From NCBI GenBank assembly GCA_964450375.1, contig CAYVEW010000003.1:935-64934 (forward strand): a DNA stretch of 64,000 nucleotides, written 5' to 3'. The notes under the pieces are model-generated. The model was given only the letters and a program-made list of their open reading frames with translations. It was not told the DNA's origin and searched no databases. The DNA comes from an uncultured Bacteroidales bacterium. Lineage in GTDB: Bacteria; Bacteroidota; Bacteroidia; Bacteroidales; UBA12077. The stretch's first letter is position 1; each line of letters starts with the position of its first letter. Positions 1 through 8,907 of the stretch are shown here, in pieces. Position numbers and translations under genes: made by a program.

Positions 1-1
1 C

Positions 2-532
2 ATAGAAATTACCGAACCTTTAGAAATAGTAATCGATTCGGCAAAAACTACCAATGCAACCGCATCTGATGCAAGCGATGGTGTAATTACAGTATATGCT
101 TCGGGCGGAACTGGTAATCTGGAATACACGCTAACTCCGGGAGATGTTGTAAATGCAACTGGTATATTCGATAACCTGACTCCGGGTGATTACATTGTTA
201 ATGTAAACGATGAGAATTTATGTGAGGTAAGCACTAATTCAATTACTGTAAGTTTTACTGACAATATTGATTTGGTTGATTTAAACAAATACATTCAGAT
301 CTATCCAAATCCAACATCATCGAAAATATCGGTTGATATTAACTTAACTGATTTAAATGATGTAAAAATTGAGATATTATCAACATCAGGAGAAATTTTG
401 GAAAGCCGTTTTGTATTTCAGCATGATAATATTCGCGAAGAATTTGATTTAAGTGCTTATAGTAAAGGAATTTATTTTATAAGAATTCATAGCGATAAAG
501 CCAATTACACAAATAAAATTGTGTTACATTAA
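2..532 (+). CDS. C-terminal fragment of a T9SS-secreted surface protein (SprB-type repeat plus T9SS C-terminal sorting domain); 5' end lies outside the window
   Basis: Frame 2 is open from base 2 (IEITEPLEIVIDSAKTTNATASDASDGVITVYASGGTGNLEYTL...GDYIVNVNDENLCE, the pattern of SprB/gliding-adhesin repeats). The last ~80 aa (IYPNPTSSKISVDINL...GIYFIRIHSDKANYTNKIVLH) look like a T9SS CTD. The ORF-track entry 272..532 is only the tail of this ORF. Confidence 0.75.
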   Translation: MEITEPLEIVIDSAKTTNATASDASDGVITVYASGGTGNLEYTLTPGDVVNATGIFDNLTPGDYIVNVNDENLCEVSTNSITVSFTDNIDLVDLNKYIQIYPNPTSSKISVDINLTDLNDVKIEILSTSGEILESRFVFQHDNIREEFDLSAYSKGIYFIRIHSDKANYTNKIVLH

Positions 533-556
533 ATCATAAAAAGAAATCATATTAAA

Positions 557-585
557 TGCTCCGTAAAAATGCGGAGCATTTTTTA
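557..585 (+). terminator. Rho-independent terminator after the T9SS cargo gene
   Basis: Perfect 7-bp stem TGCTCCG/CGGAGCA (557-563 / 572-578), 8-nt loop, then a T7 run (579-585). Confidence 0.6.
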
Positions 586-617
586 TTGTCATTTATTCAA
601 TTATCAGCTCATTTTAA

Positions 618-649
618 TTTGTTGACTCCGCTTGAGATAATTATATTTG
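618..649 (+). promoter_or_regulatory. Bacteroidota-type promoter for the purD transcript
   Basis: TTTG (618-621), 20-nt spacer, TATATTTG (642-649). This is an exact match to the -33 TTTG / -7 TAnnTTTG consensus and predicts a TSS near 655 and a ~370-nt leader. Confidence 0.5.
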
Positions 650-671
650 TTTCAAAATAAATCATAATAAA

Positions 672-1000
672 ATGAAACCTTCATGATTAAGTTAAATCAC
701 ACACGAACATGATTGTATGAGCAAGTATTGAGATGTGAGTATCAAGTGCAGAAACTAAAATTATGAAGGTTCACGAGCGGGATGTGTTTGGGGTTTGTGG
801 GAGCGAGCCTGCCTTGCCGGCAGGCAGGTAACAAAAAAACATCCCTTGCAGGAAAGAAAGGTAAATAGCAATAAATTAACAAATAAGAAAAATATAAACA
901 GATGAAACATCCATGATAAGCAGCTTAAAACAAACGAACATGATTATAGCAATAAATACGCTTAATTCTGCACGTGATAGAGCTTTGGATGTTCCATCTG
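672..1000 (+). ncRNA. Candidate structured 5' leader of purD: two paralogous long-range helices flanking a GC-rich hairpin
   Basis: Module 1 pairs 676-688 with 759-771 (13 bp, one G-U). Module 2 pairs 899-912 with 987-1000 (14 bp, one A-C mismatch). The 5' halves are about 85% identical (ATGAAACNTNCATGAT..AAG...ACGAACATGATTRTA). The central domain is GGGATGT/ACATCCC (779-785 / 839-845) enclosing hairpin 808-828. No known riboswitch core recognised. Confidence 0.35.
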
Positions 1001-1026
1001 ATAATTGAAAATTAAATTATAAACAG

Positions 1027-2295
1027 ATGAATCTACTTCTTTTAGGATCTGGTGGCCGCGAACATGCTTTGGCATGGAAAATAAATCAGAGTGAAAAGTT
1101 AAACCAGCTATTTATTGCACCCGGAAATGCAGGAACACAAAGCCTGGGTAAAAATATTAACTTAAACATTACTAATTTTCAGGAAGTAAAGGAATTTGTG
1201 CTCAATCAGAAAGTTGATTTGGTGGTAGTAGGGCCTGAGCAGCCTTTGGTAGATGGCATTGCTGATTATTTTCTTGCCGATGAGCAGTTAAAAGAAATCC
1301 CTTTAATCGGTCCGGTAAAAACCGGAGCTATTTTAGAGGGGAGTAAAGATTTTGCCAAAGAGTTTATGGTAAAAAATAATATTCCTACTGCACGATATCA
1401 GTCTTTTCAGAAAAATACTTTAGATAAAGGTAAAAAGTTTCTTGAAACCTTAAAGGCGCCCTATGTATTAAAAGCCGACGGACTTGCAGCCGGGAAAGGA
1501 GTGTTAATACTTAATGATTTACAAGAAGCGAAAGATTCTTTAGAAGAGATGCTAAATGGCCAGTTTGGTGATGCAAGTGCTACCGTCGTGATCGAAGAGT
1601 TTTTAAAAGGAATTGAGCTTTCTGTATTTGTGCTAACCGATGGAAAAACATACAAAATACTGCCCGAAGCAAAAGATTACAAGCGAATTGGCGAAGGCGA
1701 CACCGGATTAAATACTGGTGGGATGGGTGCTATTTCTCCAGTACCATTTGCAGGTAAGGATTTTATGGAAAAAATAGAATCTCGAATTATTAAGCCCACA
1801 ATTGAAGGACTAATCAATGAAAAAATTAAGTATAATGGATTTATATTTCTTGGTTTAATCAATGTTGAAGGTGATCCTTATGTAATAGAATATAATGTAC
1901 GAATGGGCGACCCGGAAACAGAAGTGGTTATCCCACGGATAAAATCTGATCTGCTTGATTTATTTTTACATACTGCTAAGGGCACATTAGATCAGGCAAA
2001 TTTTGAAATAGATAGCAGATTCTGCACCACTGTAATGCTGGTTTCTGACGGTTATCCCGGCAATTACGAAAAAGGAAAAGAGATTAAGAATTTACACGAA
2101 GTAAAAGATTCATTGTTATTCCATGCTGGAACTACATCTGACAGCGGGGTAATAAAAACAAACGGTGGGCGTGTTATTGCAGTTTCTTCTTTCGGAGATT
2201 CAATGAAAGATGCATTAAAGTGCAGCTATGAAAATGCGGCAAAAATCCGGTTCGAAGGAAAATATTACCGAAAAGACATTGGTTTTGATTTATAA
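1027..2295 (+). CDS. purD: Phosphoribosylamine--glycine ligase
   Basis: 422 aa. N-terminal LLLGSGGREHALAWK, ATP-grasp core and full-length colinearity with PurD. Confidence 0.97.
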   Translation: MNLLLLGSGGREHALAWKINQSEKLNQLFIAPGNAGTQSLGKNINLNITNFQEVKEFVLNQKVDLVVVGPEQPLVDGIADYFLADEQLKEIPLIGPVKTGAILEGSKDFAKEFMVKNNIPTARYQSFQKNTLDKGKKFLETLKAPYVLKADGLAAGKGVLILNDLQEAKDSLEEMLNGQFGDASATVVIEEFLKGIELSVFVLTDGKTYKILPEAKDYKRIGEGDTGLNTGGMGAISPVPFAGKDFMEKIESRIIKPTIEGLINEKIKYNGFIFLGLINVEGDPYVIEYNVRMGDPETEVVIPRIKSDLLDLFLHTAKGTLDQANFEIDSRFCTTVMLVSDGYPGNYEKGKEIKNLHEVKDSLLFHAGTTSDSGVIKTNGGRVIAVSSFGDSMKDALKCSYENAAKIRFEGKYYRKDIGFDL

Positions 2296-2306
2296 TTGTA
2301 TAAAAT

Positions 2307-3299
2307 ATGATATCGCGTGTATTAAAAAGTAATCAGCCTTTTGTAATTGTTTTCACTATCCTGCTCGGAGTGGGTTTGTGGTTATATAGTTTCTTAGAGC
2401 CCATACCCATGGCAATACCAGGCGATCAGTTAAAAATGCCCTTTTACACATTTGTTGCCGGTTTATTTAGCTATAAATCAACAGCATCTATTATTTTCTC
2501 TTTTGTACTGGTAATATTACAAGCTTTTTTACTGGTTCAATTTAATAAAAAATACATCCTGATTAATTATCGGACTTATTTACCTGCTTTTTTTTATATT
2601 CTAATTGCAAGTAGTTTTGTTCAGTTACAACGTTTAAATCCGGTTGGAATTGGGGTTATTTTTATCTTTATCGCCATTGATTTTATTTATGGTACTTATC
2701 GATCGGAGTATACATTAAGCAGATTGTATTTAGCTGGCTTTTTTGTTTCCATTGCATCCTTATTTTGGGCTCCATTTGCGGCATTATTTTTAATTATCTG
2801 GATCTCATTAACCATTTTACGCCCATTTGTTGGCAGAGAATGGATTGTTAGTTTACTGGGGTTTTTAACACCCTACTTATTTGGGTTTGTATATTATTTT
2901 GTGTTTGCCGATAGTCAGTTAAATGATTTTCTTCATGCTTTTTCTCAAAGTTTTGATTTAATAAAACAGTTTCATCATTTACATTATTCGTATTATATAT
3001 TTTATGGATTTCTTTTATTGGTTATGCTTTTTGCCAGCTTTAATATTATACGAGGCTTTCAAACGAAAAAAATTAAAACAAGAAAGTTTTTTGAAATTAA
3101 CTGGTGGCTATTTATGCTCGGTATTCTCATGTTTATCTTATTAAAGAACGTAAAATATGAGATTATCTTTTTATTGGGAATTCCTTTATCTTATTTATTA
3201 AGCGATTATTTTTATTCCATAAAACGTAACTGGTATTTAAATTCAATACTTATAATATTAATAGCATCGCTTGTATACATACAAATAATAGCACATTAA
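2307..3299 (+). CDS. Polytopic integral membrane protein of unknown function
   Basis: 330 aa with roughly 9-10 hydrophobic segments. Lies 11 bp after purD on the same strand. No catalytic motif recognised. Confidence 0.7.
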   Translation: MISRVLKSNQPFVIVFTILLGVGLWLYSFLEPIPMAIPGDQLKMPFYTFVAGLFSYKSTASIIFSFVLVILQAFLLVQFNKKYILINYRTYLPAFFYILIASSFVQLQRLNPVGIGVIFIFIAIDFIYGTYRSEYTLSRLYLAGFFVSIASLFWAPFAALFLIIWISLTILRPFVGREWIVSLLGFLTPYLFGFVYYFVFADSQLNDFLHAFSQSFDLIKQFHHLHYSYYIFYGFLLLVMLFASFNIIRGFQTKKIKTRKFFEINWWLFMLGILMFILLKNVKYEIIFLLGIPLSYLLSDYFYSIKRNWYLNSILIILIASLVYIQIIAH

Positions 3300-3310
3300 G
3301 TATGTGCTAT
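3288..3310. terminator. Hairpin between convergent genes; possible bidirectional terminator
   Basis: Perfect 9-bp stem ATAGCACAT/ATGTGCTAT with 5-nt loop; the stop codon of 2307..3299 sits in the loop. The T-rich flank is on the minus-strand side (TATTATTTGT); there is no clean U-tract on the plus side. Confidence 0.35.
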
Positions 3311-3333
3311 TAAAACTTTATAAAGAGTTGTGA

Positions 3334-3789
3334 TTATAATTTCTTAACGAACGAAAGTAAAGCAACTGCTAATCCTTGTTCTCCTTCTCTAAATGTAATC
3401 CATATATGATAAACTCCAGTGCTTGAGCACTTAAAGCTTACTTTCGGATAGCTTTGTCCTGTAGCAATATTGTAGTTTGTCGATAATAATCGGTTGTTAT
3501 CATAGAGCGAGAATACGGCTTGTCCCGAATAATCATTTGAATTACAGATGGTAAATAAATACTCTGTATTTTTACTCAATACAACAGAATATCTTGCTAC
3601 GGGGGGTTCTTCTCCTGGTCCGGCAGCATCAAGTTTTACCTGGAAATCTTTTAAGTACATTACATCTTCGCCGGCAACCATACCACATATATCAACAAGT
3701 TCCTGCCCCGATTGAGCGAATAGTTTGTTGCTATTGGCACTAATTAGAAATATTGCAAATAAGGTTAATATAAATAATGTGTTTCTCAT
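3334..3789 (-). CDS. Small secreted protein, unknown function (last gene of the minus-strand string)
   Basis: 151 aa with a signal peptide (LFILTLFAIFLISANSNKLFAQ). Starts 2 bp after the upstream lipoprotein gene ends. Confidence 0.6.
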   Translation of the reverse strand: MRNTLFILTLFAIFLISANSNKLFAQSGQELVDICGMVAGEDVMYLKDFQVKLDAAGPGEEPPVARYSVVLSKNTEYLFTICNSNDYSGQAVFSLYDNNRLLSTNYNIATGQSYPKVSFKCSSTGVYHIWITFREGEQGLAVALLSFVKKL

Positions 3790-3791
3790 AT

Positions 3792-4709
3792 TTACAATTG
3801 TATTATTTTATTTCGAACTTCAGCAGTTTTATCGATTATTTTAAACATGGTTTCGTTTGTAATATCAATATACTGTTTGTCATTCTGTTTAATTGTTAAG
3901 ATGCCATCAATAACAACTGTTTCTGGTTCTCCTTTTTCGTATGTTATGGTAACATCTTTATAAATATTTTGTATTTCCGTAAGATCGTCAATTAACACTT
4001 TAAATTTTGGATCTCGTTCATAATTTCTTAGTAAAAGCATTAAGTTGCTCAAAATAATTTTTTGTTCGCCAATTTTTTCTGAAAGTTCGGCATTTGGAGA
4101 TCTTCTAACAACTTCGCCTAATAAATACATACTTTCAATCCAAATACCAGCAACCATTAAAGAACTTAAATTACTCCTGTTGTTTTCACGCAAATATTGG
4201 TCCATTTGGTTAAAATTCTGAACAGAAATAGTCATTAATGAGTCAAGATTCTGATTATTAGTAGCTAATCGCTTCAGTGTTGTAAAGTCGAAAAACTGTC
4301 CAACGCGAATACCATCAGCTAACGTTTTAATGGTTGAAATATAATCAATCACCGAACCGGTTTTGTTGTACATATTCTGATAACCCAGGTCTGCCGCATA
4401 AATGCCTAGACCCAAAGCTTTTTTAAAACTTGTATTATAACTATCAATATAATCGGTGGTAGCTAAATATTCCTTAGAATAAGGTACACCTACCGCTTTA
4501 ATCAATGCTGCAATTTCTACTGGCGACGAGATATTTTGTACGATATCCTTCATTGCTTCTTCAGAAATTTCGTATTCTCCTTCGTATATTACTGAATCAG
4601 GAATTTCAAATTCCTGAGAATAGTCCGAATCTTTTGATTTATCTGAACGGCACGCTGCAAAAATCAGTAATGGTATTAGTATGTAAATCAAACGTTTGCT
4701 CATAATCAA
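3792..4709 (-). CDS. Lipoprotein, unknown function, predicted mostly helical
   Basis: 305 aa with lipobox LLIFAAC-R near the N-terminus. An alternative start at 4703 (MSKRL) is possible. Confidence 0.65.
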   Translation of the reverse strand: MIMSKRLIYILIPLLIFAACRSDKSKDSDYSQEFEIPDSVIYEGEYEISEEAMKDIVQNISSPVEIAALIKAVGVPYSKEYLATTDYIDSYNTSFKKALGLGIYAADLGYQNMYNKTGSVIDYISTIKTLADGIRVGQFFDFTTLKRLATNNQNLDSLMTISVQNFNQMDQYLRENNRSNLSSLMVAGIWIESMYLLGEVVRRSPNAELSEKIGEQKIILSNLMLLLRNYERDPKFKVLIDDLTEIQNIYKDVTITYEKGEPETVVIDGILTIKQNDKQYIDITNETMFKIIDKTAEVRNKIIQL

Positions 4710-4784
4710 TATGGTTGATTTTCAGTTATAATGCAAATTTAACATATCTTATAAAGATATAAAAATATTCCTTATTTCGAAATA

Positions 4785-7700
4785 TTATTTTTTCAACTTA
4801 ATTTTTTCCGGTAAATCCAGTAACTTTTTAAGTACTTCGTAATAGAGTGTAACATATAAGAATGCTGTCATAACCCAAATAAATATCATGTTAAACCAAT
4901 AGGTTTCATGGTATTTACCTGCAAAATATTTTCGTGGTGCATAAAAATGAGATCTGAAATTGAAAAATCCTTCAACATCCGGATCTTTAAATATAGGATC
5001 TTTCTGTTGTACCAACTCATCTTTATACTGTATAATCATATTTTTTTCAAATACTTTCTTTACCTGATCTTCAACACTTTCGTTGTGATATGCATTTCGT
5101 TTGCTTCGATACAACTCAGCATTTTTATTTAGTAAGTATCGAACAATGTTCTCTTTTTCGTTATTTGCTTTTTGAAAAATTACACTGTAATACGTTTCGA
5201 GTTTCTCAACAAACTCAATGGTTTTATTCAGTACAATTTCGTTAAACAGAGTTGTGTCTAGCTGATGAGCCGACTCAAATGGTATACCGGTTCTTTGCAC
5301 TTCTTTTGTTAATTCCTTTCTTAAGAGACTTAAATATTCAGCAGCTTTCTCCTTTACATCCTGATCTGTTTCAAATTTCCACCAGTTATCTTCTAAATAA
5401 GTAATTCGCTTTTCGAGTTCGGGTATGTAATAAACTTGCTTAAAATCGGCATTGCTTTCTCTCTTTTCTATATCGTAGAAATTTTTTTCGAATTCATTAT
5501 TTTTAAACTGATTTACCATTAATGCTTCAAACGACCATTTTGTAGGCATAAATTCTGCAATTAAAGGCACTTTTTTTACACTTCCCACGGCACGGTTCAT
5601 CTTATCGAAAGGAAACATCGCCCCGCTTAAAATCATCATTGGAATCATTAAAAGCGGTATTAAGATATAGATTGTTACAGCTGAGTTAAATGATGCAGAA
5701 ACGTTAAGCCCAAGCATGTTTGCAAATGCAGCAGTGGTGAATAAAGCAAACCAATATTCGAAAGTCATTGATCTGATTCCTAATATATTATTTGCGATCA
5801 ATACAAATAAGATGGCTTGTATGGCCGAGATGGAAAATAGGATAAATATTTTGGAAACCAAATAGCTCGATCTGCTCAAATTAAGAAAAGCTTCTCTTTT
5901 CAGAATTTTCCGGTCGCGGAATATTTCCTCTGCACTTACTGTTAATCCTAAGAAAAGAGCGACGATTAAACCCATGAAAATATAAATGTTTATGTTCTCA
6001 TTTTCGCGGAATATATACACTTTAGAATTAGGATCTGCTATGTAGCGGATAATATAGGATAATATAAATCCTAAAACGGGTGCTTCAAGCAAGTTTAATG
6101 CGATGTACTGAGTATTGCTTATTTTAGAAAGAAAATCGCGTATGGTATAAATTTTTAGTTGCCTGAACCATGAAGGGATGCTCAGGGTTGAAGGTGGATT
6201 TTCTTTAACAACTTCAATTTCTTCGAGTTTTATATTTTCACGGAAATTCTCTTCCCATTTTTGGGGCGAAATCTTTCGTTTGGGTGTATACTTACCGAAT
6301 TCATCAACTACTTTTGCTTCAATTATGTTAAATATGAGTTCGGGGTTTACATTACCGCAAGTGGGACATTCGCCTACATCACTGTTAATTTGGGCATCCA
6401 AACGTTTAAAATACATAACACCTTCAACCGGATTTCCATAATAGATCATGTAACCACCGGTATCTAAAATCATCATGTTATCGAACATTTTATAAATGTC
6501 GGATGATGGTTGATGTATGACCACAAAAATAAGTTTGCCTTTTAATGCTAATTCACGCAAAAGGTCCATTACATTTTCGGAATCTCGTGATGATAATCCG
6601 GATGTTGGTTCATCAACAAACAGGATCGATGGTTCGCGAATAAGCTCCAAAGCTATATTTAGTCTTTTTCTTTGACCACCGCTAATCATTTTATTTAACG
6701 GAGAACCGACTTTCAGGTCTTTTCTGTCGTAAAGCCCTAAACTGGTTAATGTTTTATGCACTAACTCTACAATTTCTTCTTCTGTTTTATCATTAAAACA
6801 GAGTTTTGCATTGTAGTATAAATTCTGAAAAACGGTTAATTCTTCAATTAAAAGATCATCCTGGGGAATATATCCAATAACACCTTCAAGTTTTTCTTTT
6901 TCGGTATGCAGATTGACACCATTAATAAGAATTTCACCGGATGTGGGTTTATTTAATCCTGCCAGTACATTTAGAAGTGTGGTTTTTCCGGCACCACTTG
7001 CTCCCATTAAGCCAATCAGTTTTCCCTGATCTTCGGAGAAATTAATGTCTCTTAGTCCGATTCCACCATTTGGGAAAACATAATTAATATTTCTTGCTGT
7101 GTATGATATTTTTGTTGATGTGCTATCGGCCAGGTAGTGAGCAACAATATCACTATAATAAATTGGTTTGCCTTTGGGCAGTTTTATGGTTCCTCCGGAA
7201 GCAAATAAGTAAATTCGTTTGTTATTTACAGGTAAACCATTTAAGAATATGTCTTCTTTCCCATTATAACGCATAAAGTAGAGATCAACACTTCTAACCT
7301 GTAGGATAAAAATATTGCCATCTAAGGCTTCAACTTTAACATGTTTGCATTGTTTGTAGTCGATCTCATCCTGTTCATTAATAATAAGGTTTGCAGGATT
7401 ATCAAGTTCCGATATTTCATTGTGTATTACGAAACTTTCAATACTTAAAAATTCTTCTTTGGTAAGTTTAAATACTTCGGCAACGGTATTGATAATGGCC
7501 ATTCGTTGTTCCGAGAATTTTCGGTCGGCATTTACAAGCTCGAACAAACGCACCAAAACAATTACTTTTTGCTGTTGCGTAAGTGTTTTGTTGATTTTTT
7601 TACATATTCCTAAAATTCTTACTGAATCTTTAACCGAAGTTAGCTTTACGGTATCTGATTTTTCAGCTTTTTCTTCGTTAAATCCGGCCTTTTCATCGAA

Positions 7701-7850
7701 AAGAGCAAGATACTCCGGAACTGCTTCATCATTAAGCTGTTGAGTTAAGAAATTTTTTACATATTCCCTTTCGTTGGATTCTACTCCTTCGTCTTGTTTT
7801 GCAATAATTGCAAATAACTGCATAAGGGCTTTCAATATTTCTTCACTCAT
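4785..7850 (-). CDS. Fused ABC transporter: N-terminal TerB-like domain, uncharacterised beta-rich linker, ABC ATPase, ABC-2 (ABCG-like) permease, long C-terminal extension with a terminal TM helix
   Basis: 1021 aa. Walker A GASGAGKTT (aa 283-291), signature SGGQRKR, Walker B ILFVDEPTSGLS, H-loop VIHQPS. About 6 TM helices at aa ~570-770. The N-terminal ~130 aa resemble TerB (paired amphipathic helices with D-x-x-x-E, e.g. AIIAKQDEGVESNEREYV). Confidence 0.85.
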   Translation of the reverse strand: MSEEILKALMQLFAIIAKQDEGVESNEREYVKNFLTQQLNDEAVPEYLALFDEKAGFNEEKAEKSDTVKLTSVKDSVRILGICKKINKTLTQQQKVIVLVRLFELVNADRKFSEQRMAIINTVAEVFKLTKEEFLSIESFVIHNEISELDNPANLIINEQDEIDYKQCKHVKVEALDGNIFILQVRSVDLYFMRYNGKEDIFLNGLPVNNKRIYLFASGGTIKLPKGKPIYYSDIVAHYLADSTSTKISYTARNINYVFPNGGIGLRDINFSEDQGKLIGLMGASGAGKTTLLNVLAGLNKPTSGEILINGVNLHTEKEKLEGVIGYIPQDDLLIEELTVFQNLYYNAKLCFNDKTEEEIVELVHKTLTSLGLYDRKDLKVGSPLNKMISGGQRKRLNIALELIREPSILFVDEPTSGLSSRDSENVMDLLRELALKGKLIFVVIHQPSSDIYKMFDNMMILDTGGYMIYYGNPVEGVMYFKRLDAQINSDVGECPTCGNVNPELIFNIIEAKVVDEFGKYTPKRKISPQKWEENFRENIKLEEIEVVKENPPSTLSIPSWFRQLKIYTIRDFLSKISNTQYIALNLLEAPVLGFILSYIIRYIADPNSKVYIFRENENINIYIFMGLIVALFLGLTVSAEEIFRDRKILKREAFLNLSRSSYLVSKIFILFSISAIQAILFVLIANNILGIRSMTFEYWFALFTTAAFANMLGLNVSASFNSAVTIYILIPLLMIPMMILSGAMFPFDKMNRAVGSVKKVPLIAEFMPTKWSFEALMVNQFKNNEFEKNFYDIEKRESNADFKQVYYIPELEKRITYLEDNWWKFETDQDVKEKAAEYLSLLRKELTKEVQRTGIPFESAHQLDTTLFNEIVLNKTIEFVEKLETYYSVIFQKANNEKENIVRYLLNKNAELYRSKRNAYHNESVEDQVKKVFEKNMIIQYKDELVQQKDPIFKDPDVEGFFNFRSHFYAPRKYFAGKYHETYWFNMIFIWVMTAFLYVTLYYEVLKKLLDLPEKIKLKK

Positions 7851-7894
7851 AGCTTATGAATTAAAAAATGATATCAGATGTAAAAGCAATTGGT

Positions 7895-8275
7895 TTATAA
7901 AGTATAACTTACTTGTTCGAATGGTACATCAACAATGTCAGCATATTCTTCACCGGCTTCTTCCATGTCTTCATCATCTTCGGGATAATACCATTTTATT
8001 AGCACTTCTTTACCATTCTCGTGCATTTCTTCCAGTTTCATAAGAATGTCAAGAATTAGTTTTGATGAAGCGGTATTGAAATAAACCAGTTTAAATGCAA
8101 AAACCGTTTTATCGTTTGCTTCTTCCTGATAATCGTCTAACCAGTTAAGGATAGGCTCATAAAATGTAGTTACATCCTCAGGAAGCGATCTGCCTGAAAT
8201 TTCAAAAATACCATTATCCTTGTCGAGAATTATAGTAGGGGTATCATCTGTACCTTTTATCTTTATTACTTCCAT
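7895..8275 (-). CDS. SiaC-like regulatory phosphoprotein (DUF1987 family)
   Basis: 126 aa. TPTIILDKDNGIFEISGRSLPEDVTTFYEPILNWL and VYFNTASSKLILDIL are the characteristic DUF1987 blocks. Lies next to a SiaB-like kinase and a PP2C phosphatase. Confidence 0.8.
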   Translation of the reverse strand: MEVIKIKGTDDTPTIILDKDNGIFEISGRSLPEDVTTFYEPILNWLDDYQEEANDKTVFAFKLVYFNTASSKLILDILMKLEEMHENGKEVLIKWYYPEDDEDMEEAGEEYADIVDVPFEQVSYTL

Positions 8276-8293
8276 GATATTTTAACGTTTTTA

Positions 8294-8869
8294 TTAAGCA
8301 TTTCTAGAAATTGATGATGTTAATAAGAAGAACGAACTTCCTTCGTCAATCGGTAAAAAGTGGAATTCCAGCTTATTTCCGGTTTTTCGGGCTATGTCAA
8401 TGAAACCAAGCCCTGCACCACCTTTTTCAGAAAGTCTTCCTTCTTTCATCTGATTTTTATACAGTTGCTTCAGACCATCTTTGTCTAAGCTGTTGATATG
8501 GTCCAACATTTCAGTAAGCTCTTCGATTTTGTCATTTTCGATTACATTACCTGTGGTAACATGATAATCGGTTTTTCCTTTACTTACCATGAAAATGCCT
8601 CGTCCTGCAAAAAGAAAATCATCTGATCCAAAAGAATCGGCGTGTTTACTAATGTTTTGCAGACACTCAACCATAACATGGAATACCTTCTTCTGCACTG
8701 AGTTTGCCTCTGACTCCTTAGCCATGTTTGATTCAGTAAGAGAAGTAAATGCTTTGGTAATCTGGTGGGTAATTTCCCCCTCATATACCAAAGTGATCTC
8801 GTGAGCTTTCATTGATCTGTAAAAATCGTAAACAAATTCCAGAAAGCCTTTTACATTACTTTTATCCAT
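8294..8869 (-). CDS. SiaB-like protein kinase (GHKL/HATPase-fold, anti-sigma-kinase-like)
   Basis: 191 aa. N-box-like ECLQNISKHA and G-box KGGAGLGFIDIARK. Size and context match SiaB-family kinases. Confidence 0.75.
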   Translation of the reverse strand: MDKSNVKGFLEFVYDFYRSMKAHEITLVYEGEITHQITKAFTSLTESNMAKESEANSVQKKVFHVMVECLQNISKHADSFGSDDFLFAGRGIFMVSKGKTDYHVTTGNVIENDKIEELTEMLDHINSLDKDGLKQLYKNQMKEGRLSEKGGAGLGFIDIARKTGNKLEFHFLPIDEGSSFFLLTSSISRNA

Positions 8870-8907
8870 AGGTTGTAAAATTAATATTTATTAAAATTAA
8901 TAAAAAA

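Noticed and set aside
808-828. The GC hairpin CCTGCC..GGCAGG here and CCTGCCTGTC..GACAGACAGG at 20412..20450 might be copies of a REP-like dispersed repeat.
   Set aside because: There are only two instances and they share little beyond CCTGCC/GGCAGG, with different loops and flanks. This is insufficient to call a repeat family from one window.
914-930. GCAGCTTAA in the purD leader resembles the end of a tmRNA tag reading frame (..A-A-stop).
   Set aside because: There is no tRNA-like acceptor or T-arm, no GGGG 5' end and no CCA-proximal structure nearby. I treat it as coincidence.
655-1026. Whether the purD leader is a known riboswitch (purine, ZTP/pfl, PRPP, THF, tandem glycine).
   Set aside because: I could not find the conserved cores I remember for these classes. 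It is kept only as an unclassified candidate structure; an Rfam scan is needed.
7101-7358. FHA (phospho-Thr-binding) domain call for the linker between the TerB-like and ABC domains. It would fit neatly with a phospho-SiaC partner.
   Set aside because: The segment (DGNIFILQVRSVDLYFMRYNGKEDIFLNGLPV) is beta-rich, but I cannot place the conserved FHA Arg, Ser-x-x-His and Asn-Gly residues. The domain is left unassigned.
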